A DNA stretch of 64,000 bases from an uncultured Kiritimatiellota bacterium (GTDB lineage Bacteria; Verrucomicrobiota; Kiritimatiellia; RFP12; DVOR01). Made by a program: the position numbers and the translations under genes. Below, one piece after another: positions 36,898-45,562 of this stretch. Within the stretch, counting starts at the first letter, position 1, and each line of letters opens with the position of its first letter. The stretch covers positions 81,929 to 145,928 of the forward strand of contig CALXSE010000002.1 in NCBI GenBank assembly GCA_944391085.1. The letters run 5' to 3'. The notes beneath the pieces are model-generated. The model was not told where the DNA came from and searched no databases. It worked only from the letters and a program-made list of their open reading frames with translations.

Positions 36898-38631
36898 TTA
36901 CTCTTCAGACACCTGGATATCGGCGATGGATTCGCGCGGGATGTTGCGGTTATGCCTCAGGATCAGGTAACGCCCATGTGGGGTCGGCAACACATAGCCG
37001 GTGAGCGGTGAGCCTTGCTGCATCTCCTGTTCCGGAGAGATCAACGAAAAGCTCGCCCATCCCTCACGAAGGATACGCTTGCGAAGCCGTGCGACGACGG
37101 AGAGCGGCGGCGGGACGTCCGCATATGTCGGTTTGCCGCTCACACGCGTGCCGGGCCTCAGCATGGACCCCTCCGGCAACGGCAGTGCCAGCACATCAGC
37201 ATCCGCCCTGGCGTACCACCCGCAGGGCAACCGGTTCTGCGGCACGCACAGCGTATCCCTCAGATAAAGCCCCTCCCAGACGGCAGGCTCGGCCAAGATG
37301 AAAAAGGGTTTCCCGTAAAACCGCGCGACGCCCGGATTCGTCCACGGCTCCCCCATCCCCCACCCGACCAACGTCCGCAACTCCCACGAGCGGTCAAGCC
37401 AAGATTCCGCGCACACCTTCCGCACCTCCGGGGACACCGCCACATGCTGCGGATTGTCCCGCCACGCGCGAATGACGGCGTCCGCCGCGCGAGACATGGC
37501 CATATTGTTCGCCGCCGTGACACCCACCACGGCCACCGCCAAAAGCGAAACCGCCAACGTCACCGGCACGCGCCACCGCATCCATGCCCACGGCGCCAGG
37601 TGCCGGGCAAGCACCACCGCCATCGCCAACGCGCACACGGACGCCGGCCACGCCGTCCTGTCCCCCCCAGCCGAAAGCGCACACGTGACGACGACCACGA
37701 GCCAGCCGACAAGGAGCACCCACCATGCCCGCTCGGGCAACGAAAAGCGCCTGCGCCAGACGACGACTGCCACGGTGCCCGCCGTGACGGCAAACAACAG
37801 CGGGTTGGCCATGCCGCAACGCAAATACGCCATCCCCTTCCGCGCGATCGAATAAAGCAACTGCGCGTCAGGCGCGAAAAACGCGGCGCCCCCGGCACGG
37901 GTCAACGTCCCCGGCGCGAAGACCACGGCCAAGGCCCCCAATCCCAGCCCAACCGTCAGAAGCAGCCTCCCGTTTACGGCGAAACGTCCCTTCGCGATCT
38001 CGCGAAGCCAGTAAACCGTCAACGCCAGGCACGCCGACACGGACAGCAACTCATGCCCACCCGCCGCGACGAACCCCAACGGCAGCAACGCCGCCATCCA
38101 CGCATTGCGCCACGCAAAGACGCTCTCCCCTAATCTCGGGCGCACAAACAAAAGCGCCGCGGCAACCATCCACGCCATCGGCCACAGATAATTGCACGCA
38201 CCGGAAAGCCAGAGGCAGGCATCCTGCGTCAAGGCGAAGGCGAACGCCGCCGCAAAGACCGCCGGCCGCCAGCCGCGCGGCACCGCCAGCAAACGGCAAA
38301 AAGCCGCCCACAACGCCACCCACACCGACGCATTGAACGCCGCGAAAAGCCAGTGCGGCATCCCGGCCGTCAGACGCAGCAGGAAAGCCGCCGCGAACCG
38401 TCCATTTTCGTGGTTCCAATGAGTCCAGACCAGCTCAAGCAGATTCCACGCCGCGCCCGGCACCGAGACGAACGTGCGCAACGTTGGGAACTGCCCCGGC
38501 TCAAGCGGCGCTTGCCGATAATACCCAAACACGTTGCCAAAATCATCGGCATAAATCGGCGTCAGGAACGTGAGCGCAAAAAACGCGAGCCAGGCCAGCA
38601 GATGCGGCACCACAGGATACAGGCGCTTCAT
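36898..38631 (-). CDS. Multi-TM GT-C-type glycosyltransferase (GtrC/DUF6056-like)
   Basis: TPIYADDF after TM1, NGR, WLSGACNYLWP, HE, APG; about 11 TMs; downstream of GtrA/GtrB. Confidence 0.75.
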   Translation of the reverse strand: MKRLYPVVPHLLAWLAFFALTFLTPIYADDFGNVFGYYRQAPLEPGQFPTLRTFVSVPGAAWNLLELVWTHWNHENGRFAAAFLLRLTAGMPHWLFAAFNASVWVALWAAFCRLLAVPRGWRPAVFAAAFAFALTQDACLWLSGACNYLWPMAWMVAAALLFVRPRLGESVFAWRNAWMAALLPLGFVAAGGHELLSVSACLALTVYWLREIAKGRFAVNGRLLLTVGLGLGALAVVFAPGTLTRAGGAAFFAPDAQLLYSIARKGMAYLRCGMANPLLFAVTAGTVAVVVWRRRFSLPERAWWVLLVGWLVVVVTCALSAGGDRTAWPASVCALAMAVVLARHLAPWAWMRWRVPVTLAVSLLAVAVVGVTAANNMAMSRAADAVIRAWRDNPQHVAVSPEVRKVCAESWLDRSWELRTLVGWGMGEPWTNPGVARFYGKPFFILAEPAVWEGLYLRDTLCVPQNRLPCGWYARADADVLALPLPEGSMLRPGTRVSGKPTYADVPPPLSVVARLRKRILREGWASFSLISPEQEMQQGSPLTGYVLPTPHGRYLILRHNRNIPRESIADIQVSEE

Positions 38632-39546
38632 TTACTTTTCCTCCTTGACGAGATAAAGGGGACGATGTTTGCTCTCCAAATAGGTCTTGGCAAGGTAAGT
38701 TCCCAAGATGCCGATGACAAAAAGTTGAAAGCCTCCCAAAAAGAGGATGAGGCAGATTTGAGTGGGATATCCCGAGACCGGTTCACCCACGACAAGCGTC
38801 TTGAAGATGACATACACCAGATAAACCAGTGCCGCCACACAGGCCGTTATCCCTGAGACGGAGGCCAGTTGCAGGGGAGCCGTAGAGAAAGCGGAGAGGC
38901 CTTGGACACTGTAGCGCACCAGTCCCCAAAAAGACCATTTCGTCTCACCTGCCGCACGCGCGACGTTCTCAAACTCCAACCACTTTGTCCGGAAGCCGAC
39001 CCAGGCATAAATACCCTTGGTGAAGCGATTGACCTCCGGCAAAGCAAGCACCGCCTCCACGACCTGCCGCTTCATCATGCGATAATCCGTCTCCCCGCCG
39101 CGCATACGCACCTCGGAGAATCGGTTAAGCACGCCGTAAAAGGCCTTGGCGCATTGGCTTCGCAACCATGGCTCGCCCTTGCGGTTCGTGCGTCGCGCCG
39201 CCACACAATCCCACTCGCCGAATTGCAGCAAGCGCACCATTTCGGGCAACAGCGCCACAGGGTGCTGCAAATCCACGTCCAACGTCACCACAAGATCGCC
39301 CGTCGTCTTGCGCAAACCGGCCAAAAGGGCGGACTCTTTGCCAAAGTTGCGGGAGAAGGAGACATAGTGAACGGTTGCATCCTCTCGTGCCAACTCTCGC
39401 AATGCCGCCAATGTCCCATCCGACGAGCCATCGTCCACAAAGATGAACTCCAGCCCAAGAGGCAGGCCAAGAGCCTGAACCGCCTCCCAAAAACGGCGTA
39501 CACACAGCGATTCGTTAAAACACGGCACAACCAACGACAACGTCAT
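38632..39546 (-). CDS. GT2 polyprenol-phosphate glycosyltransferase (GtrB-like)
   Basis: VVPCFNE, VDDGSSD, SRNFGKE, DVDLQHP, RFTKG; two C-terminal TMs. Confidence 0.92.
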   Translation of the reverse strand: MTLSLVVPCFNESLCVRRFWEAVQALGLPLGLEFIFVDDGSSDGTLAALRELAREDATVHYVSFSRNFGKESALLAGLRKTTGDLVVTLDVDLQHPVALLPEMVRLLQFGEWDCVAARRTNRKGEPWLRSQCAKAFYGVLNRFSEVRMRGGETDYRMMKRQVVEAVLALPEVNRFTKGIYAWVGFRTKWLEFENVARAAGETKWSFWGLVRYSVQGLSAFSTAPLQLASVSGITACVAALVYLVYVIFKTLVVGEPVSGYPTQICLILFLGGFQLFVIGILGTYLAKTYLESKHRPLYLVKEEK

Positions 39547-40049
39547 AACGCCTCCTTCCGATCGCGAAAGATCAACCATTTGCTGATTAAGTAGTTGAGA
39601 ACCACAACAATCACCCCAACCACAACCTTCATCGCCAGCTCATCCCACCGAGCCACGTCCACCGTCACCCAAATAAGCGCCACATCCGCCATCCCCGTGG
39701 CAAGACGCGACCCAGTGAAGGCCATCAGCTCCTTCCACAACTTCCACACGCCTATCCCTTGCTGGGCATGGAAGACCCACACCCGATTAGTCCACCAGGC
39801 GAACACCACCGAGGGCCACCACGCCAACGTGTTTGACAACCATCCCGAAAGGCCCAACACATGGAAGCAGACAAGGAACAGCACAACGTTCAGGACCGTC
39901 GTGCATCCTCCAAAAAAGCAATAAAGCCCGATTGGCGAAAAGCAGAACGTCAAGCCTCGCCGCCATGTTTTCCGAAACAACCTTGCCCCACGTCCACCCC
40001 ATGTTTGGGACGGCGCCTCCGACGACACACAACCACTTTCCACGGCCAT
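39543..40049 (-). CDS. GtrA family flippase-like protein
   Basis: YCFFGGCTTVLN, FAWWTNRVWVF, LNYLISKWLIF; ATGA overlap with the GT2 gene; start uncertain. Confidence 0.85.
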   Translation of the reverse strand: MAVESGCVSSEAPSQTWGGRGARLFRKTWRRGLTFCFSPIGLYCFFGGCTTVLNVVLFLVCFHVLGLSGWLSNTLAWWPSVVFAWWTNRVWVFHAQQGIGVWKLWKELMAFTGSRLATGMADVALIWVTVDVARWDELAMKVVVGVIVVVLNYLISKWLIFRDRKEAL

Positions 40050-40260
40050 AAAAAGCACGCTTCCTTTCACGTATTCCAAACGAGGCCCTAGGATGTGCCC
40101 TGAACGACTACGTGCAAGAAAGCGCGCCAATACCGGCGCGCCCCGCTCAACACGTTGCTCGTTCATGAAGTTTCCTAGGTTTCGTTTGGAGCAACCTGTT
40201 GCGCAAAAGCGCAAACATTGCAAAGGCTCTTCCCTTCGCGTGCCCACCATGATAACAAAA
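40033..40260 (-). ncRNA. Candidate structured cis-regulatory leader RNA, copy B (includes -10 TGTTATCAT at 40249-40257)
   Basis: Homologous to 20514-20740; stems 40075-83/40182-90, 40087-93/40173-79, 40101-07/40159-65, 40110-14/40151-55 and 40122-28/40135-41 with compensatory changes. Confidence 0.7.
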
Positions 40261-40418
40261 CACCGCTCAAAAGGGAATCCTCCACACCCTGTCGCCAGCC
40301 GTCCCGGCATGCCCCCCCCCGCGCGTTTCCCTTCAGCGGATGGCGAGCGGCCAAGCCTGAGGGGCATGAAAGGCGTGCCGAAATTATGGTATAGTGAAAG
40401 GAAAAGGGAGATTGGAAC

Positions 40419-40991
40419 ATGGACGCAGAGACGCGCACTCGGTTGACGGCCAGCCAAGAAGATTACCTGGAGGCCATCAAGAAATTGATGGATGAGACGG
40501 CCCATGGCCATGCCCACACCAGCGACATCGCGCGGCGGCTCCAAGTCAAGATGCCTTCCGTGACGAACGCGCTGGGTGTGCTCCGGGAGCACGGCCTGAT
40601 CCACTATGACACGAACAAACCGGTGACGCTCACGGAGAAGGGCGAACGCGAAGCCCTGCGCGTGATCCGCCGCCATCTGGTGCTGACGCGCTTCCTGCGC
40701 GAGATCCTCCGGCTGGACGACGAGGCGGCCTCGCAGACCGCCTGCCGCGTGGAGCACGTCATCGACGACCGCCTGGTCTCCCGCCTGGCCGTGCTCACCG
40801 ACGCGCTCACCGCTCCCGGCCGCTGCCACGCCCTGCGCAAGGCCCTGCGCCGCCATTACGACGCGCTGGATGCCGGCGAGCTGGATGTGCTGGCCGCCGT
40901 CTACACTCCGCCCCCGCGGCCACTCGAACAGCCCAAACCAAAACGCCGCCGCGCAAAGCCGGCGCAAGAGGAGGTTTCCCATGACGCATGA
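40419..40991 (+). CDS. DtxR/MntR family metal-dependent repressor
   Basis: SQEDYLEAI, DIARRLQVKMPSVT, RRH, ACRVEHVI; -10 TGGTATAGT at 40387-40395. Confidence 0.92.
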   Translation: MDAETRTRLTASQEDYLEAIKKLMDETAHGHAHTSDIARRLQVKMPSVTNALGVLREHGLIHYDTNKPVTLTEKGEREALRVIRRHLVLTRFLREILRLDDEAASQTACRVEHVIDDRLVSRLAVLTDALTAPGRCHALRKALRRHYDALDAGELDVLAAVYTPPPRPLEQPKPKRRRAKPAQEEVSHDA

Positions 40992-41964
40992 TGCTATGTT
41001 GGCCCGCGCACACGAGACGATCGAGACGGAAATCGCCGGCCTCAGGCGCGCCGACGCGGCGCTCTCGCCCGTCTTCTGCGACATTGTCGAGGCGATGCTC
41101 GAGGCCCTCGGCCGCGGCGGCAAGATCGTCGTCACCGGCATCGGCAAGAACATCCACGTGGGCGAGAAAATCGCCGCCACCATGGCCAGCACCGGCTCCA
41201 CCGCCATGCTCCTCAACCCCGTGCAGGCCATGCATGGCGACCTGGGCATGGTCACCGCCGCCGACATCGTCCTGGCCATCAGCTACTCCGGCGAATCCGA
41301 CGAGGTCATCCGCCTCATCCCCTCCCTGCGCCGCATCGGCGTGAAGATCGTCGGCATGACGGGCAAGGCCGATTCCTCCCTCGCCAAGAACAGCGACTGG
41401 GTCTACCTCATCGACTGCGGCCGCGAGGCCTGCCCCTTCAATATGGCCCCCACCACCTCCACCACCGCCACCCTGGCCCTCGGGGACGCGTTGGCGATGG
41501 TCTTGCTTGAGGCGCGCGGCTTCAAGAAGGAAAACTTCGCCCTCCTCCATCCCGCGGGCGCCATCGGCCGGGCCCTGCTCTTCCACGTCAAGGACATCAT
41601 GCGCACGGGCGAACGCCTCGTGGCGCTCGACGAGAAGGCGACGGTGCGCGACGCCGTGCTCGCCATGACCGAGGCAAAGTCCGGCTGCGCCTGCGTCACC
41701 GCGCCGGACGGCACGCTCCTGGGCATCTTCACGGACGGCGACCTGCGCCGCCTGCTCACCGGCGCGGGCGGCGACCCGATGGGGCGGCCCATCGCCGAGG
41801 TCATGATCCACCACCCCGTCTCCGTCCCGCTCGACGCCCTGGCGGTGCAGGTGCTCAACATCTTCGAAAGCCACAAGCTCGACGACCTGCCCGTGGTCGA
41901 CGCGGCCGGAAAGCTCGTCGGCACCATCGACATCCAGGATCTGCCGCGCATGAAGATCCTCTGA
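40981..41964 (+). CDS. kdsD: KpsF/GutQ arabinose-5-phosphate isomerase (SIS plus two CBS domains)
   Basis: GIGK, HGDLG, SYSGES, APTTST, HPAGAIG, GIFTDGDLRR. Confidence 0.92.
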   Translation: MTHDAMLARAHETIETEIAGLRRADAALSPVFCDIVEAMLEALGRGGKIVVTGIGKNIHVGEKIAATMASTGSTAMLLNPVQAMHGDLGMVTAADIVLAISYSGESDEVIRLIPSLRRIGVKIVGMTGKADSSLAKNSDWVYLIDCGREACPFNMAPTTSTTATLALGDALAMVLLEARGFKKENFALLHPAGAIGRALLFHVKDIMRTGERLVALDEKATVRDAVLAMTEAKSGCACVTAPDGTLLGIFTDGDLRRLLTGAGGDPMGRPIAEVMIHHPVSVPLDALAVQVLNIFESHKLDDLPVVDAAGKLVGTIDIQDLPRMKIL

Positions 41965-43031
41965 TGGTTCACCTCTTCCTCGGGCCGGACGATTATCTGA
42001 AAAGCGATGGGGCCAAGCGCCTCATCGGCAAACTCGTCGCGCCAGAGGATCGGGACTTCGGCCTGGAGGTCATCGACGGCGCGTGCGACAAGGCCGACGA
42101 CGTAATCCAGGCCTGCGACCGCACGGCGGAGGCGCTCTACACCGCCAGCTTCCTCGGCGGCGGCAAGGTGGTGTGGCTGCGCGACGCGAACTTCCTCCCC
42201 GGCGCAAAGGGGCGCGCGGTGGAGGCCCAGGCCGCCAAGGACGCCGCCGCGGCCTTCTTCGAAGGCCTGCAAAAGGACGCCCCGCCGGAAGGACACCACC
42301 TCATCGTCACCGCCTCGACGTGCGCCAAGGTCTCGCGCTTCTACAAATGGGTGGAAAAGCACGGCAAAATCACCGTCTGCGGCGAAGAGGTGAAAAGTTA
42401 CCAGCTTGGCAAGGCCGCGCAAGAACGCCTGGAGGCGCTCCTGCCGCAAAGCGGCGTCAAGATGGCGCCGGCCGTGCGCGCCGCTTTCGCCCAGCGCGTC
42501 GGCGCGGACACCCGCACCCTCGTTTCCGAGCTTGAGAAACTCCGCGCCTACCTGGGCCGGGACGGCGCCGAAGCCACCCTCGCAGACGTCGAGGCCGTCA
42601 CCTCCACCGCAGTCGGCGCCGAGCCCTTCGCCCTTGCCGAGGCCATCCTTCAGCGCTCCCCCACCCTCGCGGCAAAGACCATCGAGCAACTGCGCGCCGA
42701 CAAGAACGCGGCCTTCCCCGCCGCAGTCTCCATCCTCAACGCGCTCAACGATCTGTGCGCCCTCCGCGACGCGCTTGACCGGGGGTGGCTCGCCGGCAAC
42801 CGTTGGGTTCTCCCGGCCGAGCGCCTGCCCGCCCGCCTGGCCCGGCTCAACGGCTGGTTCCTCGGCAAACAGGTCGAGGCCGCCAAACGGTACACGCTCA
42901 ACGAGTTGCGCGCGGGCCGGCACTATGCCGTCGAGATGCGCTTCAAGCTCGTGGACACCACCGCGCAAGACCCATGGGCCATCATCGAGGCCACGCTCCT
43001 GCGCATCGTCATGCGGAAGGCCAAGCCATGA
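41964..43031 (+). CDS. holA: DNA polymerase III subunit delta
   Basis: VHLFLGPDDY, TASFLGGGKVVWLRDA, VGADTRTLVSELEKL. Confidence 0.8.
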   Translation: MVHLFLGPDDYLKSDGAKRLIGKLVAPEDRDFGLEVIDGACDKADDVIQACDRTAEALYTASFLGGGKVVWLRDANFLPGAKGRAVEAQAAKDAAAAFFEGLQKDAPPEGHHLIVTASTCAKVSRFYKWVEKHGKITVCGEEVKSYQLGKAAQERLEALLPQSGVKMAPAVRAAFAQRVGADTRTLVSELEKLRAYLGRDGAEATLADVEAVTSTAVGAEPFALAEAILQRSPTLAAKTIEQLRADKNAAFPAAVSILNALNDLCALRDALDRGWLAGNRWVLPAERLPARLARLNGWFLGKQVEAAKRYTLNELRAGRHYAVEMRFKLVDTTAQDPWAIIEATLLRIVMRKAKP

Positions 43032-43609
43032 GCGGCCCCGCGCTTCCCGCCCCGGACAGCCTGCAGGCCATCATCGGCGCCATGCTCTTCGCCGCGCCGG
43101 AACCGCTCACGCCGGAGGCCCTGCGCAAGGCCCTTCAGGCAGCCGCCCAGGACGCCGGGCCGGGGACTCCCGCAGCCGCCTTCGCCGAGGCCACCCCGGC
43201 CCAGATCAAGGGCTATCTCGCCGACATCGCCGCCACCCTTGCGCGTTCGGACTTGGGGCTTGCCCTCTGCGAGGAGGGCGGGCGCTTCTCCTTCCGCTCC
43301 GTGCCGGCCGCGGGGCCGTGGGTGCGTGCGCTCGTCAAGGCCGCCCCGCCCCAGCGCCTCTCCCGCGCCGCGCTCGAGACGCTCGCCATCGTCGCCTATC
43401 GCCAGCCCATCAGCCGCGCCGAGATCGAATCCGTGCGCGGCGTTTCGGCCGACCATACGGTCCGCGCGTTGTTGGAGCTGGATCTCATCCGCGCCGTGGG
43501 CCGCAGCGAGCTTCCCGGGCGCCCGTTCCTCTATGGCACCACCGCCAGTTTCCTGGAGCACTTCGGCCTGCGCAGCCTCAAAGACCTTGATCCCGTGCCG
43601 GAGGCATGA
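43028..43609 (+). CDS. scpB: SMC-Scp complex subunit ScpB
   Basis: LSRAALETLAIVAYRQPISRAEIESVRGV, PGRPFLYGTT..FLEHFGL. Confidence 0.95.
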   Translation: MSGPALPAPDSLQAIIGAMLFAAPEPLTPEALRKALQAAAQDAGPGTPAAAFAEATPAQIKGYLADIAATLARSDLGLALCEEGGRFSFRSVPAAGPWVRALVKAAPPQRLSRAALETLAIVAYRQPISRAEIESVRGVSADHTVRALLELDLIRAVGRSELPGRPFLYGTTASFLEHFGLRSLKDLDPVPEA

Positions 43610-44667
43610 GCGCCGCCCCAAAACACCTCTACCTCCACGTCCCGTTCTGCACGGGGCGATGCGCCTATTGTGCCTTTGTCTCCGGCCCGCCGTCGGCAAA
43701 CCCCGCCGACTACGTCGAAACCCTCCTGTGCGAGGCCGCGGCCCGGGGCTTCCCATCGCTCGGCCCGCTGGAGACGCTGTATTGCGGCGGCGGGACGCCC
43801 GCGTTGCTCGGGGAGCACGGGTTCGTCCGGCTCCGGGAGTCCGGCCTCTTGTCGCTCGCGGATGACGCGGAATGGACGGTGGAGCTCCACCCCGCCGCCG
43901 TCACCGCCCCCCTCGTCCGTACCCTGGCCTCACTCGGCGTCACCCGCCTGAGCCTCGGCGTGCAGGCCTTTGACGATGCCACCCTCATCCGCTGCAACCG
44001 CCGCCACACCGTCCGCCAGGCGCTCGAGGCCATCGAAATCGCCCGCGCGGCCGTCCCGGACACCGGCATCGACCTTATCGCCGGCCTCCCCGGCGTTTCC
44101 CCGGACGAATGGACGCGAACCCTGCGCCGCACCGTCGCCCTTGGCCTGCCGCATGTCTCCGTCTATGCGCTCTCCATCGAACCGGAAAGCGCGTGGGGAC
44201 GCTCCGGGATGGCCCCGCCAGACCCGGACCGCCTCTGCGACGCCGTGGCCGAGGCCGCCGACACGCTTCCCGCGGCGGGGCTCCGCCGTTACGAGACCTC
44301 CAACTACGCCCGCCCCGGCTTGGAATGCCGCCATAACCTCAACACCTGGCGCGGCGGCGACTACCTCGGCCTTGGGCGCGGCGCGGCCAGCCGCTTGGGA
44401 CTCCTTCGCCGCCATGGGGATGGAACCGAAGAGCTCCTTTCGCCGGAAGAGGATGCGCTTGAACGCGCCCTCACCCGACTCCGCCTTGCCGAGGGTTTCG
44501 ACCTTGACGCCACACTCGCCCGCTTTCCCATCCTCGCCCCCTATCGCGGGCGTTGGGCCAGCCGCCTTGCCGACTTTCGCGCCCATGGCCTTCTTGCCGC
44601 GGACAATGCCCCCACGCTCCGGGGTTACGAGGTCCTCGACGCCATGGAGCGGGAACTGTTGCGTTGA
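43606..44667 (+). CDS. hemW: Radical SAM heme chaperone / HemN-like protein
   Basis: LYLHVPFCTGRCAYCAF, GGGTP, RLSLGVQ, YETSNYA, HN, YLGLG. Confidence 0.85.
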   Translation: MSAAPKHLYLHVPFCTGRCAYCAFVSGPPSANPADYVETLLCEAAARGFPSLGPLETLYCGGGTPALLGEHGFVRLRESGLLSLADDAEWTVELHPAAVTAPLVRTLASLGVTRLSLGVQAFDDATLIRCNRRHTVRQALEAIEIARAAVPDTGIDLIAGLPGVSPDEWTRTLRRTVALGLPHVSVYALSIEPESAWGRSGMAPPDPDRLCDAVAEAADTLPAAGLRRYETSNYARPGLECRHNLNTWRGGDYLGLGRGAASRLGLLRRHGDGTEELLSPEEDALERALTRLRLAEGFDLDATLARFPILAPYRGRWASRLADFRAHGLLAADNAPTLRGYEVLDAMERELLR

Positions 44668-44682
44668 GGGGCGCGCTCGGGC

Positions 44683-45482
44683 TCAGTCGGTGAGCCACTT
44701 TGGCAGACGGCGCTGGAGGGTGGTCGAGACGAGGCGTTCAAGGCGGGGCGGGTCAATGGCGAAATCCCCCGTGAACAAATCGCGCTCCATCACGACGCAG
44801 TCGCCTGTCGGCAGGTCGGCGTCTGGCTCGAGGAGCCCGCCTTCCGCCACCTGGCAGTGCCATCGGGCGGCCGGAAGGCGCAGGAGCCGGTGCGCCGTGA
44901 AAGGGCGCGTCTCGCGCGGCGCGACATCGACGTAAAGGTAGCGCCGCTCGACGCCATCGCGGCGGATGATGAGCGCGCCGTTGTCATAGCCGATGCGGAT
45001 CCGCGCCTTGCCCATGGCGCGGAGGAGGGCGAAGTAGGCGTCGTCCAGGTTTTCCCCGGGCAGGACGGCGCGGACCAGGCACCGATGCGCGGGGACGGAG
45101 ACCTCGCGGACAGTCCCGGCGGCGACGGCCTCGCCTTGGCGTTGCTGGGCCTGCGCGGCCTGGACTTCGCGCAACAGTGCGCGGGCTCGGGCAATCGTGG
45201 CGCGAAGGCTTTCGCTCGCCCCGCCGAGAAGCCGGTCGTAACGGATGATGCCCTCGCCGGCACACCCTTGAAGCGAGGCGAACGCCTCCAGGGAACCCCT
45301 GCCCGAACGCAAAGCTGGATGGCCTCGACGATGCGCAGCTGAGACAGGGAATAATGGCGGTAGCCGGTCAAACGGTCGACGCGCGTAGGCCTGAGGATCC
45401 CGAGTTTCTCGTAGTACAGCAGGGAGTTGACGTGGACGCCGGTGAGCTTGGAGAAATCGCCGATGGTGAACGTCCTGGCCAT
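44683..45482 (-). pseudogene. MerR (BmrR-like) transcriptional regulator with a 1-nt frameshift near 45291-45293
   Basis: MARTFTIGDFSKLTGV...YYEKLG...TGYRHY in one frame continues as LEAFASL... in another. The span is 800 nt; one extra C gives 267 codons. Confidence 0.8.
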
Positions 45483-45496
45483 TACTATTTTTTCAC

Positions 45497-45527
45497 TTGA
45501 GTCCGCCATAATGGTGGAGTGTATCAT
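45497..45527 (+). promoter_or_regulatory. MerR-type promoter/operator for the MATE gene
   Basis: -35 TTGAGT (45497-502), 19-bp spacer, -10 TATCAT (45522-527); dyad tccgccat-a-atggtgga (45502-518). Confidence 0.8.
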
Positions 45528-45562
45528 ACCGCCGCCTATTTTGGAACGAAAGGTAAGACTCT

